In this document: positions 35,118 through 47,964 of the stretch, piece by piece
Numbering within the stretch: the first letter of the stretch is position 1
Layout of the letters: each line of letters begins with the position of its first letter
NCBI GenBank assembly: GCA_951406725.2
Contig: OX597832.1
Location: 35,712,001 to 35,776,000, forward strand
DNA length: 64,000 nucleotides
Source: Octopus vulgaris
Lineage: Eukaryota
Direction of reading: 5' to 3'
Program-made: the position numbers and the translations under genes
The notes under the pieces: model-generated
The model's database searches: none
What the model was told of the DNA's origin: nothing
Seen by the model: only the letters and a program-made list of their open reading frames with translations

Positions 35118-38100
35118 CTTGAATAATTTACAACACAAAAATTTCTCATAAAATATTGGGGAGTTTGCAACACAGCAATGATATAAAGTGTTGTGTTGTT
35201 TGAAACCCAGTAATTTTATTAAGAAGCAGTTCTTCTGTCGTTTGAAACACAGAACACATTTAAACAGATTTTATAAAATTTATTGTTAACTGTTTCTTGT
35301 TTTAAAAATCAGTTGTAAAGAATGTAAACATGAACAATTGCCAGTCAGATAAACAGATTGACTAAATGATACAAGGACCTTACATGTTAACATACAACTT
35401 CTTACAGAGTAAAAAAACACAGAAAATTCAGCTGGAATCTTTCCAAATATGGTAGCAATCTTAGAATACATTTTCTTTTTACTTCATTAGTATTTGTGTT
35501 TGGGAGGATATTTGCAAATATTTCAAAATAAAGCAGAATTTACTTGGCAGTAATTGAGCTTTTCTAACAACAGCAGAAAGCAAGTCTCAGTTTTTGATAG
35601 ATTTGACAAATTAGGGACTCACAAAACCCTGTGACTAAGCTAAGTGAGTTAACACATAGATGTAGCATACAACATGATATACAGCTGCAGTTTTGACAAT
35701 TGAAATATTGAATTGTATCTTTCACCTTTGATGCTTCACTGATGTGGTCTAATAAAGCTGAAACATGACTTCAGTTCTTGCCCCCCCCCTGCCTTTCTAC
35801 ATCTATGTTGTGATGGACAGACAGGCAGAGATCAGCCTGACTTTTATGATACAAGATTAGGACTGTGATACAAGTCTACAGAGTGAACGGATGGCTGGAC
35901 AGAGCAAGCATCTGATGCATAATATGTACAGTCTTACCTTAGTATGTTTCTGTTATATATTGTTAATAGAACTTTTGAGTGTTATCTTTCATCAAGTAGT
36001 GTAAAAAGATAGAGTCCATCTGTGGCCTGCAGTCAAATGACTTGAATATAAGACGGCCCAGAATGGGTTTACAGAATCATACATTTTGATGAAAATTATA
36101 GAAATTTAATTGTTGATCATTTCCAGTCAGGTTTGACTAATCTGATTTGGTTGTGAGGAAAAACAAACTTTACCAAAGCTTGGTTATCTACTCAACAAAC
36201 CACTCCTTGATCGTTAGCTCTATCATATGATCAGTTACATTTAAAAATTAAGAATATGATTCTCTCCTTCAAGATTGTAGTTGTGGATTATCAAAGGAAC
36301 AGCTTTAGGTCTTATCTTTGGTGGTCAGCAGTTACTATTAGCATTGCATTTGTAGAAGAGTAGAGAAGTGGATTGACTCTGAATCTGTACAGATCACAAG
36401 AATCTGACTGTTTAATTAAAAAAGAGTTTTGTGAAGCTTCATAGACATGATGGAATTTCTGCCCAAGGCTACAAATGTCAAATTATAATTTGTAGGATAA
36501 TGCGCTGATATATCTCAGACGACAGGGTTAGGGTATAGTAAGACAACAGTGCAACACCCTTAGTAGGATAGGTTAGGAAGATAGAAGAGGATCATGAAAT
36601 ACTAACTGCATCAATTAAGGGAAGCAATTTTTCCTTTAAGCAACTTTTGAGATTTTAAAGAAAGAATTTTCTAAAAAATTTGTCACCTTTTTTTGTCTTG
36701 TTTTCATTGCTTTTAACTTCTTTTAACTTAATTTCTCTTAATTCATTCAGTTACAGTATTTCATCCTTCTCCTTTACCTTCTTAACCTCTCCTACTAATG
36801 GCATTATCCTGTTGTCTTGCTATACTATAAATTGTTGGTTGAAATTTAGTCTAAAACTAAGAAACAAAAATTTCACACCATTAAGTCAAATTTACATCCA
36901 CTTTCTTATAATGCAAACCAGTTTGAAGATATCAACAATAGCAAGGAAAGAAGTATTTTGTTTGAAATTTTTTTCTTTATAAAACCAATGTTCCTATAAG
37001 AATCACTAAAACTAAATAATTCCCAGTCTTTTGTTTAAGTATCTACTAAGCATCCCTCCACACATACCAGAACATCCCATCTCCATACATAAGTCGGTTT
37101 TTTAACATTGTGAATGATATATCAGTGTTTGTCAGGCTACACATGATGTACCACATCAATTAATTAACAGCCCACTCAAGCCATAAGCAACGCCAGCCAT
37201 GTTGCATAACTCTAGCAGGCCACATCAGACCCAGAGCAGCACAACTCACTATGATGGTAAAACAAAAAGTATCTGTTTGTTCAATAAAAAACGAAAACCC
37301 AATAATAATAATATAGAAATGTTACAGTGAAATGTAATACAAATTGTTTTAAAAGCCTTTGTCTCAGCTGAGTGATGTTCTGTAGTTAAGTATCCCGATA
37401 GTAATTGGTGAGAAAGAAGCACTAAGAGGAAGAAGATTTATGGTAATAGCAGTAGATGTGATTGTAGATAAAGAGAGATTAATGAAGGGTTCCATTTAGT
37501 TTCATTGATAGAACAGATAGAGATAATTTACTGGCAGTAATAAGCAGGAAGAAACACAGAGATCTGATGTAAATGGACAGAAGCTTAAGATAGTCAAAGA
37601 AGTTTAATTAAAATTACATGCTAATGAGGAGATAAATCATTAGCATAATGATTAATTTTGGTCAAGAAAGGCAGAGCCTTTGATTAAAAATTAAATAGGG
37701 AGGCTATGTAGTGATGGATCTTTAGTGAGTATTGTGACAACAAGGGCAAGGAATGGAGGGAAAGGGTCCAATCTTTAGGAAGTTTTGTGACATTGTGGGT
37801 TAATGGCAGGGGAAGTTTTAATCTTTGGTAAAAACTGTCAATTCTGTACATGCCAGACTTAGACCACCTCATTAAAGTATAGTTTTTATGATATTGTTTC
37901 CCTCACTATGGAGCCCTTAGACAGACCATGTGGATAAAACAATCGAGGAAATCCTAACATGTGGCTTAAACAACAGAAAATTTCCAGTTCTATCCATATT
38001 AAATAAGGCCTTACTAGGTCAAAACTGTAAGTCTTCAGTTGTCTGAACCTTATCTAAATTCCTATTCCTCTGCCCAGCACCTAGAGAAAGTGTATTCTGC

Positions 38101-38165
38101 TGTAGCCCCAGACCAACCAAAGTCTTGTGAGTGGTAGACATCTTGTCTATGGTGGAAGGAAACTG

Positions 38166-38212
<47 letters not shown>

Positions 38213-38217
<5 letters not shown>

Positions 38218-38460
38218 TGAATATGGTACTTAAGTTGAGGTACCAGAATTTCGTACGGTAGTATCCATATAATTCAAAATGGAGTGATTAAAATCAAAAT
38301 AAACAACAAGGATATCCAGAGGTAATGCAGTATGATCGTTTCATGCAACTCCATCTAATTGAACAATGCAATCATTACATCAAGTTAAAATGCAGAGCAA
38401 TCCTCAGCTGCACAAAGATATAGAATTTAATTAAATTAGAACAGATGGACACATTAGTAT
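38213..38460 (-). mobile_element. Probable Penelope-like pseudo-LTR fragment abutting (TA)n
   Basis: CpG-retaining segment directly after (TA)n 38168-38212 that contains a complete hammerhead fold. Confidence 0.5.
38326..38412 (-). ncRNA. Type I hammerhead ribozyme, U.U variant with long stem II
   Basis: Minus strand: TGCAG-CTGAGGA-T-TGC...(hairpin)...GCA-T-GAAAC-GATC-ATA-CTGCA. Stem I TGCAG/CTGCA; triplet AUA. Confidence 0.7.
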
Positions 38461-39204
38461 AATTATACCTAAAATCTCCAAGAAGTTAAGGAGATAGACA
38501 AAAAAACATGTTGTGTTCACTCCAGCATAGAAGTTGAACCATTGGTTGCTATTATTGCTTAACTGAATTCATTTTTGTTCAATAATATTTCAATCATAAT
38601 CATCTTGTTTTTCTTGAGGGAACTGTGTATCAAGGACTACAATAACTAACATCTTTCCAAGACAGGAATCTTAGCTGCTATTTCCAGTATGTTAAATAGA
38701 GTGCTTCAACTTTGAATGTTAACTACAAGAGTATAGAAATATGCAATTCCCACAAGAATCAGCATGTCTTGAATATATTAAAGTACATGGTTACCAAGGA
38801 AGCTATCTCCCTCCAAGTAGACTATTTTTAGCCTGAATCTTAACCGCATTCTCAGACATGTGTGTGTGACAAGTCAAGAATTATACTATGGAATCATATT
38901 CTTAGATTCAAAGAACTATTAACAAGTTATTCTGGAATTTGTCAGTGAAATTCCTTCATCTTGTTTCAGAAATGTTTAATGAATGTTAATTGACTGGTGG
39001 ATTCTCAAAAGATTTGACCAATTTGCAGCTGTCTCTTGGAAAATAGACAGAATTTATTTATATTTGATATGTTTTACTCCATTTTGTCTTTTGAAAAATA
39101 TAAAAAAGTGGAAGAAATAGAAGCTTGTCTTTATCTAAATAATTCTATCTGAAATACATGAAACTTTGGCATATCAGGATATCATATGAAGTTGTTATAA
39201 TGTG

Positions 39205-39528
39205 GATCCTCGTCCACTTGTCTGTTGTTGTCAGCACTGTAATATTCTTGTCACCACTATTATGTTGTGGTGGTATTTCGCATCTTATTATCTTTGACTC
39301 GTCTATCGTACTATCGCTCATAGCTCCCCAAGACAATGACCTATAATGTCTACCTTGACGGTAACTCAAACTCATATATATCACGCAACTGACACCGACT
39401 CTAACTGGGAACTCGTACAATGACTCTACTACTACTGACCCCCTACAACAACTGACTATCTGACTTCATAGTGGCTGTATCCTTCCACTTTGTTATGTAG
39501 GAAGGAGTGTACCATTTTCACTACAACA
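39205..39528 (-). mobile_element. Possible LTR (39263-39528) with adjacent PBS-like sequence
   Basis: Inverted ends TGTTGTGGTG / CACTACAACA (TG...CA) and a CpG-retaining body. On the minus strand it is followed by TGGTGAC and AGTGGACGAGGA, reminiscent of Gypsy PBS regions. No TSD. Confidence 0.35.
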
Positions 39529-40859
39529 TCTTCTCTTTTAGTTTTTTTTTCTTCGGGAGCAAGTAATGGAAATTAGGAAGAGCTCTTGCTTAATGAGTCT
39601 GTAGCCTTAAGATGGACTTGAACATGTTTTAACAATGATGCATGCCTGGTGTCTGTTTGACAGAGCACGTTTTAAAAGGATAGAAAGTTGCACATGAGCA
39701 ATCACGGTAGCTGAGAAAGAATATTCTGGACACTAGTTCTGTTTAATGGCTGGATGCCACCCAGTTTAACATCCCACCCTAGTCCTTCGATGTCTTTAGG
39801 GAAGTTCACTCTGTTGCAAGCGTTTCAACTCGATTCTTAATTAGACCCCCTGAACAGTCTCCACAACAGTCATATTGATTACACTAGTAGACAATGCAGC
39901 TGGACTAAATTGTTAAAAGAAATGAAAAGACAATGACGATGATGACTATTTGCTTTTAGCCACCATTACATTTCAAATCATCACTATAATTATCGTTGTC
40001 ATGGTGATAGTGATAATGATGTGCTAATGACTGCTGTTCAACATTGATAAAGTCTATAAAAATGTATTTGTTCAGCTAACAGTCTGGATTATGTCATTTA
40101 ATAATCCTAATTGGTTTAGGTCAATTCCAATAAATTCAATCTATGTCTTTTATAATTGACTGAGGAATTATAAAAGGACTATTTTATCTAGTTCTCATCT
40201 TTCTCTCTAATCTGTTAAAATTTTCTAATGAAGTCTCAATGGAGTGGTAGAAACTTTCTCCAGTTCCCCCTCCTATAAACCCCACTATTTTCACCCTGTT
40301 ATTCCAGTTGCCAGTACCCTAAATGTTTTATATAATGAACTACTGTAGACTAGTAGATTCATTAGGTGTGTGGGGTTTGCCATGATTGGAGAGGGGGGTA
40401 GCTCACAGTGGATTGCTAATATTTGTTTAGAGGGTGCAAAAATTCTAAGAAGGAGAATAGGGATTAGACTGGGGATAACCAGAGTAATGATAGCTGGTTA
40501 TACTTGTCATGAGAGGGTTAAACTGCTCATACTACTGACCAAACAAGGCTCAACAGAGAGCAAATTCTATTTCCCCTGTAAACCCCCAGAAACAGGGAGA
40601 AACATTAGATGAGAGAGAAAGGAATTTGCATATCAATGTTAAAAGCAACAACAGCTACTTATAAAAACTCAAATTATTATTAACAATAATAATTCCAATT
40701 TATGCATAAGGTGAGTAATTTGAACAGAATGAGCCAGAATGAGCCAGAATGAGTGTTTTGTGTAGTGATTCAGCCAATCGAATGCTGTATTATGAATAGC
40801 AATAAAAATGCCAGAAGAAATACAGTTCCATGGATTGTTCTATAAAGATACCAAGTATG

Positions 40860-41232
40860 TGGAAAATCATGACATCAGACGAGTGGCTCTGAAAAGGAGA
40901 TTTAAAGAGAGAAGCTAACAGTTTGTTTGGGATTGTTCAAGGTCAAGTTCTAAGCACTAATTATTTTGTTGTTACAACAAAGAAGTGTCACTTATGTAAT
41001 CAGCCAGTGGAAAACATTGACCAAGCTGCAAAATGCTAGCTTAGAAAGAATACAAGAAATGCCAAGGTTTATACCTTACTTTTTAATGGATCACATAAAA
41101 AGTATGGGCAGATACTTTTTAGACAAATGGTACAATCATGTACCAGAAAAGGCTTCAAATGAATATGGTAAACTAAAAAGCTTGTGGGGTCTTGGCATTC
41201 AGACTGATAGAAAATTTAAGCACTATAGGCAT
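40860..41232 (+). mobile_element. R4/Dong-like non-LTR retrotransposon fragment
   Basis: Frameshifted translation WL..GDLKREANSLFGIVQGQVLSTNY...VTYVIS...DKWYNHVPEK...KSLWGLGIQTDRKFKH matches the R4-clade zinc-finger to REL linker. Confidence 0.7.
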
Positions 41233-41239
41233 CAGAATT

Positions 41240-41869
41240 TATGACATAGAAAAGACAATGCCTTACACTAGATGTTATAAGTCTGACACAGAGACATTGA
41301 ACATGCTTCAGCAAACTTACGGTGGCAAGGCAGTGTGTCATATGAGTGGCATGAGGCACTTCAAAAGTAGAAGAACATTCCTGAAAGATGATGAGCAGCC
41401 TGGAGAACTGCCATAAATGTTACCCCCAGAAATTTGGAAAAAGTTCATTAGCATGAGGATCATTGGAGGACAATCAACAACGTTTTGAAGTGTTTGAGGG
41501 AGGACATTTGGTGGAAGCAATTGGATCTGCAGAGCCTGAAGAATTGGCATCTTCATGACTACAATGCACCCTTTCACTGAGCTCTCCTCACTTATGAGTT
41601 TCTCATCAAAAACAACATGGTATCCCTTCCACATCTACCTTATTCATCAGATTTAGCACCTGCAGGCTTCCATCTCTTCTCCAAGAAGAAAATGCAGCTC
41701 AAGATCAAGGGCAAATTGCAGAAGGAAACTGACTTCCAGGCCAGATTCCCAAACTTGCAAGAACATTGGAACCAGTGTATTACTGTGAAGGAGATGATAT
41801 TAAAGTGTAGGTAAATAAGTTATTTTTTATTAAACCTAACTGATCCAGGAACTTTTTGATACCACTTCG
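41240..41869 (+). mobile_element. Internally deleted mariner (irritans-like)
   Basis: SDTETLNMLQQTYG...HFKSRRTFLKDDEQPG and MVSLPHLPYSSDLAPAGFHLF. Right TIR TCCAGGAACTTTTTGATACCACTTCG plus TA at 41870-41871. Confidence 0.85.
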
Positions 41870-41929
41870 TATGTTGTTCTTGTTGGCTTTTCTTCTGTTT
41901 ATTTCTGTAATGCCCAGGGTTCCGTAGGT

Positions 41930-42320
41930 TCTACCCAAGGTACAAGAGGCAAACCCTCAACTACCACTCTCCACAGTGGAAGTGGACAGTCAAGTATCAG
42001 TAGAGAAAGAGCAGCAGGCAGAATGGTGGGGATGAGGAGGGTACCCAGATGAAGTGGGAACAGGCAAGGGAGTGGAATGTCACCTGGCACAACATCTGAA
42101 AAAGGAACCTGTACAGGATCGAGTTCATGATCCAGAGGGTCTACGATGTCCCCTAAACCAATCCAACCTGTTTACATGGGATTTAGCTACCCTACACCCC
42201 CAGTGTCCTAAGACAGTGACCTTCAAGCAAGTCCTAAGCAGCAGCTTCAAGTCAGTCAGAGAGGGACACTACAACTGGAGACAGTCAGACTCTCAAGACT
42301 ATTCATTGCTCAGGCAATGA
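41930..42320 (+). mobile_element. HERO/R2-group non-LTR retrotransposon fragment
   Basis: Frameshifted RIEFMIQRVYDVP / NQSNLFTWDL...QCPKTVTFKQVLSSSFKSVREGHYNWRQ resembles RIKFLI.SVYDVLP.P.NL..WG...C..LEHILS.C...GRY.WRH. Confidence 0.65.
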
Positions 42321-42387
42321 ACTCGGTTTCAGTGACAACAGAAATGCTAACACTAGCTCACCAGTTTATTGATAATAATAATAATGA

Positions 42388-42597
42388 CGGTTTCCAATTT
42401 TGGCACATGGCCAGCAATTTCAGAGGAGGGGGAAGTTGGTTTGATTACATTGACTACAGCACTTGACTAGTACTTATTTCATCAACCCCAAAAGGATGAA
42501 AGGTGAAGTTGACATTGGCAGAACATAAAGAGAGATGAAATGCTGCCAAGCATTTTGCCTGGCATGCTAACGATTCTGCCAGCCCCCAACTGCCTTC
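42388..42597 (-). mobile_element. Nin/Deu-like SINE (family B)
   Basis: TACTTATTTCATCAACCCCAAAAGGATGAAAGGTGAAGTTGAC...GCTAACGATTCTGCCAGC. Confidence 0.8.
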
Positions 42598-42598
<1 letters not shown>

Positions 42599-42652
<54 letters not shown>

Positions 42653-42663
42653 GAAGAATAATA
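42599..42663. repeat. (AAT)n microsatellite (SINE tail)
   Basis: Direct; source of the poly-Tyr ORF. Confidence 0.95.
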
Positions 42664-42856
42664 ATCCTTTCTAATATAAGCACAAGGCCCAAAATTTGGG
42701 GGAAGGGGAATAGTTGATGTACTTATTTTATCAACCCCGAAAGGATGAAAGGCAAACTCAACCTTAGCAGAATTTGAACTCAGAATGTAAAGACAGGAAA
42801 AAATGCCACTAAGCATTTTACCCAGCATGCTAACAATTCTGCCAGCTTGCCACCTT
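42664..42856 (-). mobile_element. Nin/Deu-like SINE (family B)
   Basis: ACTTATTTTATCAACCCCGAAAGGATGAAAGGCAAACTCAACCTTAGCAGAATTTGAACTCAGAA. Confidence 0.85.
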
Positions 42857-42882
42857 ATAGTAATAATAATAATAATAATAAT

Positions 42883-43451
42883 GATTTCTTTTATTGGCTA
42901 CAAGGGCTCAAGACATGGTGGATAATATGGAAGGTCAAGTTACAGCACACAAAACAAAACAAAGAAAACAGGTGGGGTTTACATTGATCAAAGTGAGATA
43001 CTGCCATATTAAGGGATATAACAGGGGATATATAATATAAATTAGAGAAATAAATAATAAATAGATAATAAGAATCCTCATTAGCAGGGTAGCCCACTTA
43101 GGGTAAACCCCATGCTAAAATCCTGGATTACGCTGTGATCCCCAAGGCATAGGAAAGTGCCCTCTTCCAGTTTCTTTCCTCCTGCTTAGAAAAACATACT
43201 CAGAGTCAATCCATTCCGTCTCACCAGTCTTGCCACTGTCAGCCATCTTTTGATAAACACACTAAAAGGGCAGTAAAAGCTCCTGCCCTACTCTCACCTT
43301 CCTTTTCAAATGATCTTTGGAGAAATGGATGAGGGCTTGACCAGATAAGAAAGTGCCTGTCTTCAAACCTTTCAAACCACACAGCCTCTTTTTCCACAGC
43401 CACAAAGCAGAGAGAAAGATCTGCCTTCCTTCTCTGCTACAGGAAGGTGGC
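42883..43451 (-). mobile_element. 5'-truncated Tx1/L1-clade LINE, relative of 2688-3910
   Basis: PPSCSREGRQIF...LKGLKTGTFLSGQALIHFSKDHLKRKVRV aligns by eye with PPSFKREGRTIF...LKGLETNTFLSGQSLINFFKYHLKRKVRV. 3' end GCCCTTGTAGCCAATAAAAGAAATC followed by (ATT)n. Confidence 0.85.
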
Positions 43452-44256
43452 AATGATGATGATGATGATGATGAAGATTTCTTTAATAACTGTTTCTAAC
43501 TTAGACACACAGACAGCAACTGTAGCAGGAGGTTGCTTATTCAATTAAACCAGCATTAGTACTTTATATTGTTGAAATAATAATAGTAGTAATTAACAGT
43601 AATTATTAGAACCTTTATAGATTTCATACTATCTTTGCATAAACTTCTAATGCAAACTTAACTTCCTGAAATAACAATAAGAAAAACAAATTTAATTATC
43701 TGTTAAATTTATCTAGAAATGTAAGTAACAAAGATTGTTGTCAATTTAAAGAATTCTGACTAACATTTATCTTATGAATAATATTTAAAACATACAAAAA
43801 TTGATATCACTATCTTGACTCTGTTCGTGAATATTGTTGTTCAGTAAAATTAAGATTTTTACATATTTTATTACGATCTTATTTCATTAATTTATATCCA
43901 TTTCTCCAGAAAAGTGTTTCTACATTTTCTCATTTGCATTTTAGAACAAATTGCAGTATTTCACAATATATCACATCTAAGTTCTAGCTTTACAGCTTTT
44001 ACAAACAATCTTTATTTACAATGGGAAACATTATAAAGAATAATACATTGAGCAGAAAAAAAGTCTTTAATATTTATTCTGCTCGCAATGATGTTTGTGT
44101 GTACAAGTGTTATGCATTAAACAAACTTCACTATAGAATAAAATGAAAGAAAGATAAGAGTCTTTAAAGTAATGAAATAGATCTGTAAATTTAGGATTCA
44201 AAATGAAAATAAGAAAACTCATAGAATATTGGAAAATCCACCAGTTGCTATGGTTA

Positions 44257-44459
44257 TACTCTTTACTCTTTTACTTGTTTCAGTCATCTTGACTGCGGCC
44301 ATGCTGGAGCACTGCCTTTAGTCGAGCAAATCGACCCCAGGACTTATTCTTTGTAAGCCTAGTACTTATTCTATCGGTCTCTTTTGCTGAATCATTAAGT
44401 TACAGGGGATGTAAACACACCAGCATCGGTTGTCAGCGATGTTGGGGGGGACAAACACA

Positions 44460-44490
<31 letters not shown>

Positions 44491-44678
44491 ACACACACAC
44501 GCACACACACATATACGACGGGCTTCTTTCAGTTTCCATCTACCAAATCCACTCACAAGGCTTTGGTTGGCCTGAAGCTATAGTTGAAGACACTTGCCCA
44601 AGATGCCACGCAGTGGGAATGAACCCGGAACCATGTGATTGGTAAGCAAGCTACTTACTACACAGCCACTCCTGTGCC
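44257..44678 (-). mobile_element. tRNA-derived SINE (family A), best-preserved full-length copy
   Basis: Minus-strand head GGCACAGGAGTGGCTGTGTAGTAAGTAGC...CGGGTTCATTCCC, internal (GT)n, tail AAGAGTAAAGAGTA. Confidence 0.9.
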
Positions 44679-44917
44679 TATGTTCAAAATATTTGGAAAA
44701 CATTGTCTAAATGTTCTGCTTGAAGTGACTTTTTCCTTTTTAATTACATATGATTCAAACAGCTAAATGAATTGATTTAAAAAGATTCTTTTTTGCTTCA
44801 AAAACTAAACATTCCTTATTGTAGTCATATTGATATCCTTCTTTATTGTCATCTTTAATTCAGTTTTTAACATAATATTGTCTTATAGAATTATCTACAT
44901 TAGTATTTATTAAACAG

Positions 44918-45122
44918 TTATCACATTATCATTTCATACATAGTTTATCACACAGCCATTTCATGTTACGGTCATCACACTGTCATTTCATATTTAGTTA
45001 CCACATAGTAATTATATATAGCTGTCACATTGTCATTTCATATGTAGTTATCACATTGTGATATCATAATGTTATCACATTGTCTTCTTGCATAATGTTA
45101 TCACATTGTCTTCTTGCATAAT
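44918..45122. repeat. ~26-28-bp minisatellite
   Basis: GTTATCACATTGTCATTTCATAT-like units; the last two are nearly identical. Confidence 0.8.
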
Positions 45123-46064
45123 TATAGTAAATGGGTTTCTTCATTACTGGGGTCCAAAAGGGAAGATATTCAGCTCTCTTTTTCCTTATATTACAAATAT
45201 CAAACACAATTATTGACTCCTGCTTCTACATCCACTTATTTACTTATTTATTTAAAGACACTCACAAATTTCTAGAATTGTAACTGAATATTAACTACAA
45301 TATTTCAAATTAAATTAGATACACTAAATGGAACAAGATGAGAATTATACAAATTATACAAAAGCAAAAAAGTAGAAATACAGCTAAGAAAAAAGAAAGA
45401 TTTGTTGAAAAGGTTCCAGAAGTTGAGATGGTGTAAATATAGAACTATCGCAGATTCTTCAATTACCTGCACAACAGGCATATAGTTCACGACAGTGTGA
45501 GATTGCTTATAAAAATTTTAATTTATTGTAAGTAAGAAATATTTGGAAGGAGAGGATATCAATTCTGTGAAAGAGTTTATGTCTTAGAATTGTGAAAGTG
45601 AACAGTGATACATCTCTTCTAAACATGGATCTTCTTATCCCTAAGCTAGAATAATAAATTCAGATAAAAATTACCTTAATGGGTTGGATGTATGAACAAG
45701 TATAAAAACCTTCTGAGAAGTGGGTATGACATTTAGTTATAGCTATTCTGTTGTATTATCAATCCTTTAAGCTGACATTGGAAAGGGACAGATTTAAATG
45801 AATGAGTGTAATAATTTTAATGCCCCTTGATTTTTTTTTTAAAGTACAACTAAGATATTGTATCCAGCTGTAATGAAGAGAAGAAGATTTCCTACATTCA
45901 CTCTACAGAGGAAGAGTTCTAGTTGGAATGATGAATTGTTATATTTCATGTATAAACCTTGGATTATTACTGACATAGGTTTTATAAATGTGTTGCAGAG
46001 TGAGAAGGTTGAAGAAATGCTACTAATGTATAGAGAAGCATAAAGCCAATTATAATTTTGAAAG

Positions 46065-46480
46065 AAAATCATTTAGTTTCCATGGCTATCCTCACTGATG
46101 GTTGTGAATGTTGGGTAATTATTGAAAGACTACAATCGCATACACATGTAGCCAAAATAGGATTTCTTTAAAGAATCTCAGGAGTAACGCTACTTGACAG
46201 TGTGTGTAGCTTTGTGATCAGGAAGTATCTCCAGGCTGAGGTTAGAGTTCCAGTACTATAGACATGTAATTAGAATGTCATAGAAAAGGATCCGAAGATA
46301 GATTCTTCAGGCTGAGCTTACCAGCAGGAAACCTAGGGGTGGACCAGGAATGAGACGGCTGGATAATAATCCATAGTCTCTGCTGGTCATATCTGGGAAT
46401 CTAGCAGGAAAGTTTAATGATGGTTGTTTCTGATAAGACTGTATTGTAGACACAACCCTTCAACGGCAGAGAGAATGAGT
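46065..46480 (+). mobile_element. RTE-clade (Expander/Rex3-like) LINE 3' fragment
   Basis: Degenerate ILTDGCECWV...GVTLLDSVCSFVIRKYLQAE...ILQAELTSRKPRGGPGMRRLD. Confidence 0.65.
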
Positions 46481-47721
46481 GAATAGATGAATACTGGAGG
46501 ATTTAAGTCTGGATATAAAATATCTGAGAAAAAGAAAATCCAGGTCACAACTGGGACATTGTTGATTGTAAGTCTTAGAAATCAAGATCTGGTGCTTAAC
46601 AACAAGAACAACTGTATTATGAGAAAATAGATTATTTTGAGGTATTGAATTAGTTTTAGTCGTTGCTTAGTGGTTTATTTGCCAACCAATTAATCTATCT
46701 CAGATAAAGTGAAAGTAAAATAAAGAATGTTATCAAGAAAATAGGCCCAAATTATCTCCTTAAATTTTCTTGTAGCAAGTCATTCTGTAAGAGTAAATTT
46801 TTAACACATATTTGGAGAAATATGATGAAGTTAGTGATGAGAGTTGAAAGTATAAAAGCAGAATAAAAGTGAAGGTGGAAGAAATATGTAATTAGAATAA
46901 ATGTGAAATTAGATTAGCTGTGAAGGGGTCTTAAACTGCGTTAGTCATATGTTTCCTTATCTTTAATTCAGAGAAAATATCTAGGACTACAATAAGCGAT
47001 GTATTATTTTGAGGGAGATATAGCTGCAAATTTTAGCAATTCAAGTGACCATGTGCAGGCTTCAATGTTGGTTTATCTCCTCTATTGTTCATTCAAAATA
47101 TGCATGTTACTTTAGCCAGCCTCCTTCAAACTGGAAATTGTTTGCTAATACATGGACATCTTAGGATTATCAGTATCACTGGATAATACACATGTCTGTA
47201 CATCTGTCATCTCTCACCTAATCAGTCTCCAATAACTAATCCTTAGATCTTCTCACAATGTCCTTCACAATCACATTTCACTTCTAATGTATCCTGTTTA
47301 TCACCCAAACTTTAAGTAGAAACTGTTGAATATTTAAGGCAATTAATGATCCTTGTGTGTGTGAAAGAGATAATCTAATTTCTTGTCCTCATAATTTAGC
47401 CCATAAAGCAAGATTCCATGTGAAAGAAATGGATGATGGGGGCTTTGTGATATATTGTTCTATGGCAGAGAAAGGGGCCTAGAGAAGGAAGAAAGGGGCC
47501 TAGAGAAGGAAAAGCAGCTAGAAAATGATGAGCAGCAATTTGATGTATGGCAGGCATACCAAATCATCCACAACAGAATGGAAAAACAGTCATTAAAATG
47601 ATGATGACGGTATTTGTCTACCCTATAGAATGTTTCATATTTTAATTAATTTATCAGCTAATTATTACAGAAATCCTTTCAGTTATTGCAAGCCAAAGCA
47701 ACTCACTTTCATACTGTTCAA

Positions 47722-47943
47722 CCCTTTCATTACCAACCCGGCTGAAACCGGTTCTGGCTCCGTAGTACAAATGTCTTGTTTACAAAAGTTCTGAATTAAA
47801 ATCTTCCACCAAACCTTAGTCACAATTTATGTTGCTAACACTAGTTTAATGATAATTAAGTTATTTTACTAAATTCTTTGTTATATTTAAAACTAATTGA
47901 AAGAAACACAGAGCATCTCAAAAGAAATACAGTAACAAAAGGG
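47722..47943. mobile_element. piggyBac-type MITE, 222 bp
   Basis: TIRs CCCTTTCATTAC / GTAACAAAAGGG; flanks TCAA (47718-47721) and TTAA (47944-47947). Confidence 0.8.
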
Positions 47944-47964
47944 TTAAAAGTAGAGTCTAAACAA

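Noticed and set aside
36410-37870. Faint CR1/L2-like coding remnants on the minus strand
   Set aside because: Too degenerate to support without a translated search.
38005-38042. CTGAAGA-CTTAC..GTAAG on the minus strand as a hammerhead
   Set aside because: No GAAA after the stem.
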